A stretch of 64,000 nt of DNA, from assembly GCF_963921235.1 (NCBI RefSeq), contig NC_086108.1:3906001-3970000 (forward strand), in the 5' to 3' direction. This stretch comes from Mobula hypostoma. Its lineage: Eukaryota. Below the pieces are notes generated by a model, which was given only the letters and a program-made list of their open reading frames with translations, did not search any database and was not told the DNA's origin. The position numbers and the translations under genes are program-made. How positions within the stretch are numbered: position 1 is the first letter of the stretch; every line of letters starts with the position of its first letter. Below, one piece after another: positions 60,231 through 64,000 of the stretch.

Positions 60231-63200
60231 ATATAGGAAATTATGTAAAAATTTAAAGCAAGCACAAAAAAGTTAAACTACAAGGAAAAATACTAGAAAA
60301 ATAACTGTTCTACGCCATAATCCAACAGCGTGCTACATTCGATCAGTGATTTATCACAATGTTTTTTCCCGGCATTATAAATTCCATTCATAGTTCTGGT
60401 TTAAACAAGGAGGAAAACGTGTGGCTACTGCAAGTAATCTTTCAGCTTTAGATTTGGTGCTTTTGCTACTGGTTGCAAGCCTTTCATTGCAGGAGTTGGC
60501 ATGAATTTGCCCTGTTACGTGTAACTGTATATTGTGCGACACAAAATGGTCACCAAACTGACTAACAACTAGAATTATTAATGACTTGGAATTCTCAATT
60601 TCTTTTTGGGAGTTGGGTAATCAGCAAATTCAGCCAAGTTACTGTTATGAAACTGCAGAGTGGAAATTGCAAGCTCGTTGAGGAGACCCTTTCAAGGATT
60701 CTTCATCTCACGGTCTCTTAATTTATTTATTTGTTTATTATTTCTTTATTTGTTTATTATTTCTTTCTTTCTTTCTTTCTTTCTTTCTGTAATTGCACAG
60801 TTTGTTGTCTTTTGCACTCCAGTTGATTACCCAAGTTGATGTGGTTTTTCATGGATTCTGTTACGGTTATTATTTCATGGGTTGTATATGGTGACATATG
60901 TACTTTGATAGCAAATTTACTGATGAAGCACTTTGGCTGAAACATAGACTGTTTATTCCCTTCCTTTGATGCTGCCTGACCTGCTGAGTTCCTCCAGCAA
61001 TTTGTGCATTGTTGCAGATTTTAAGAGTCTGCAGAATCTCTTGTGTTTCTTGCTCATCCAAAACTAAATAGCAGTGAGGAAGAAGGCAGTGGAAGGGGAA
61101 TTCCAGAGCATTGGATTGAAGAGCTTAGAGGATTCAAAGTGCATTTATTATCGAAGTATGTATGCAGTGTACAACCCTGAGATTTGTCTTCCCCACAGAC
61201 AGCCACGAAACAAACAAACACCATGGAACCCATTCAAAGAAAATACCCCCCCCATGCGCAAATAACAAATTGCACAAATGGCAACAAGAACATTAATCCC
61301 CATGCACAAAAAAGAAATCACGCAAACGGCAACAAGAAAGAATGAGGGAAAACACAGAAAATAAAACACAAAATCGAAAGCATCTATATTCAGTTCAGTT
61401 TGGTGTTCATTATCAGGCTGCCATGATTCAAAAGTTGCCCAGAATAGCAACAGAAAAGGGAGTGACCAGGAACCACAGTCCAATCCACAAACTAGAGATC
61501 CAGAACTTCAGTACCATCCTCTGACAGCATTGAGGGAGAGAGAGAAAGCGAGAGAGACCATTGGAACACCAGGACCTTCTCTCGGGCGCAGCAAGCAAGA
61601 AGGAGAGAGAGATTGTCACACACAGACACCTTCCTCCGTCAGCAGCAAGCGAGAGGATGGTAGACGGCTCTCTATTCTACACTCACCTTGATGTTTTCAA
61701 TCTTTCTCTCTAAGCTTCTTGACCTCAATCTGCCCGAAAACACACCATCAATCTATATATCACAGGCTCCAACAGTACCAGAACACAATTGAAAGGAAAA
61801 GAAGATGTAAAAGTTGTGAAAGGCACAGTTTTGCGGACCATCTGGAGAATGCCGCTGTAGTAGTGTTGTTCACTGGGGCTATCTAGTAGGCAAGGTTACC
61901 AATGGTACACCAAAGGATACAGTTCATTATTAGCATTCTGGTTAGTTACTGCACTGTAGTAAAAGAAATAAGTGAGAGATCAGCTTTCTTTCTCAGGTGC
62001 ATCAGAGTATACAGTGAAATGCATTGTTTGCATCAGTGGCCATACGATCGGAGGATGTGCCAGGGCAGCCCGCAAGTGGCACCAACATAGCATGCCCACG
62101 ACTTTCTCACCTTAACTTTTACACCTCTGGAACTCGGGAAGAAACCGAAGTATCGGGAGGAAACCCACACGGCCGTGGAGAATGCACAGGCAGTGGCAGG
62201 AACTGATCCCCAATCACTAGCGTAGCCTAGTCACGGGACAATTTACAATCACCAATTAACTTCCCAACCAGTACTTCTTTGTACTGTGAGAGGAATCTGG
62301 AGGAAAACCATATGGTCATAGGGAGAGCTCCTTACAGAGAGCATCAGGAACTGAACTTTAATCAGTGACTGCTGGCATTTTAAAACAGTGCTAACCACGA
62401 TACTACTATGCTGCAGTTAGCCTACCCTCATTTCACTGCCGTTTCTAGGATGCAGGCTATGGTGTTTCACGTACAACCCCACCTTCTAAATTACATATCT
62501 TCCTGTCTTTAAAATACAGTGGAATCTGATTAATTGGGACACGTGGGGATCAGTACATTTTGGCCCAATTTAGTGGCTGCCCCAATTAGATGAAGCCAAA
62601 GTAGTTGAAAGGTAAATAGAAAAGGCAAACTACTGTTTAACTTAGTAACAAATTATGTATTTAAATGAAATACAGAACAAATTAGAACACTACAAATACT
62701 ACTACTCATCATCATCAATCATGGTGACCATGATTGTTCTTGACAAATTTTTCTACAGAAATGGTTTACCATTGCCTTTTTCTGTGCACAGTGTCTTTAT
62801 GAGATGGGTGACCCTAGCCATTATCAATACTCTTTAGATACTGTCTGATTGGTGTTAGTGGTCACATAACCAGGACTTGTGATATGCACCAGCTGCTCAT
62901 ATGACCATCCACCACCTGCTCCCATGGCTGCATGTGACCATGATCTTGGTCCAAGGGTGACCTGCAGCTGAGGGGAGGGAAGGAGTGCCTTACACCTCCT
63001 TTGGTGGAGACACATCTCCACCCTGACACCCATACAAAGGCTATTACAGTACTATAAAACTATATTAATTCTTAATATTTAGCAATGGGGAAATGCATCC
63101 AGTGTATGATGCTATGTCCTTTTGATTGACTGGGAGTGAACAAAATCAGTGCAGGCACCTCATGCAGATAATAGACTGCTTTTGTACAATGCTTTTGCTG

Positions 63201-63749
63201 ATTGTATCCTCCAAATTTTAATTTTCATTATAACATTCAAGATGATTGCTGATACCTTAATTCTTCGTAGTTCCGATCTTGTTCCGATCTTGTTGAAGTA
63301 GCAAAATCATTTCCTTTTTGCTCCTGTCCATTTCTGGTATATCCAATTCTGAAAGTTTGAAACCATAGTGAGTAAATCAGATTTGGTTTGTCTTGCGGCT
63401 TATTTCTCATCAACTGCTGGTAACAAAAATCACAACTTTTTGAACATAAGTGCATGCAAATGATGCTATTTTAAAAACTGTTCACTCTAGGCACAGTGAA
63501 CACTGTTGACAACCACAGAAGTACATGCAGCTAATGCCAGTTAAATAACTGTGCAGCAACAGTCTCCTGTCCTAATTAAAGGGCATAATGTCCCAAATAA
63601 ACAAAGGGAATCCTGGCTATTTTTTCCATTAGTTTTGAGGAGTTGTCCAAACAAACAGCTGTCCCAATTAACCAGAATCGACAATCTATTCTGATTCATT
63701 CATTGTTACTAGATCTCCCTTACCAGCCACACCATGGGAGCACCTTCAC

Positions 63750-63985
63750 CACAGAGACTACAGCGTCCATCATTAAGGACTCCCATCACTCAGGACATGC
63801 CCTCTTCTCATTGTTACCATCAGGAAGGAGGTACAGAAGCCTGAAGACACACACTCAATGATTCAGGAACAGCTTCTTCCCCTGTGCCATTGATTTCTGT
63901 ATGGACTTTGAACCCAAGAACGCTACGTCACTACTTTTTAATTTTTTGCCTCTCCTTTTGAACTACTTAATTTATTTTTATATCA
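63750..63985 (+). mobile_element. Rex1/Babar 3' fragment
   Basis: ASIIKDSHHSGHALFSLLPSGRRYRSLKTHT. Confidence 0.8.
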
Positions 63986-64000
63986 TCATCATTATGTGCT

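Noticed and set aside
56137..64000. Next COQ8B exon (AAASIGQVH motif)
   Set aside because: Not found by inspection. TTCTCAG|GTGCATCAG near 61996 does not extend into a matching frame, so the exon presumably lies beyond the window.

Overview
This is vertebrate genomic DNA, not a prokaryotic or phage locus. The repeat families suggest a cartilaginous fish, probably a ray (inference). The window holds the 5' half of a + strand gene best assigned as COQ8B/ADCK4, an atypical UbiB/ABC1-family kinase of coenzyme Q synthesis. It has a CpG/CCAAT/GC-box promoter and a probable non-coding exon 1 near 10.46-10.71 kb. Six phase-consistent coding exons follow (17246-17422, 32904-33278, 37541-37607, 37718-37795, 40531-40653, 56051-56136), and the gene continues past the window end. 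Most of the rest is transposon-derived: many CR1 and Rex1/Babar LINE fragments, a Nimb-like LINE, Penelope-like elements carrying minimal hammerhead-ribozyme motifs, a Charlie/Buster hAT transposon with a nested young CR1, hAT and Tc1 non-autonomous elements, a solo LTR, SINEs and several tandem arrays. Observations worth a second look: (i) a core-complete sense-strand hammerhead motif in intron 1; (ii) a 95-bp LINE-derived satellite with higher-order structure and an identical junction at two loci 50 kb apart; (iii) the exon-1 splice donor amplified into a G-rich minisatellite; (iv) three Gly-to-Ser (AGY) changes in the COQ8 transmembrane Gly-zipper; (v) a possible recursive splice site at the KxGQ exon. 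I see no evidence for a wholly new protein-coding system. Family names and homologue comparisons come from recognition of motifs, not from database searches.
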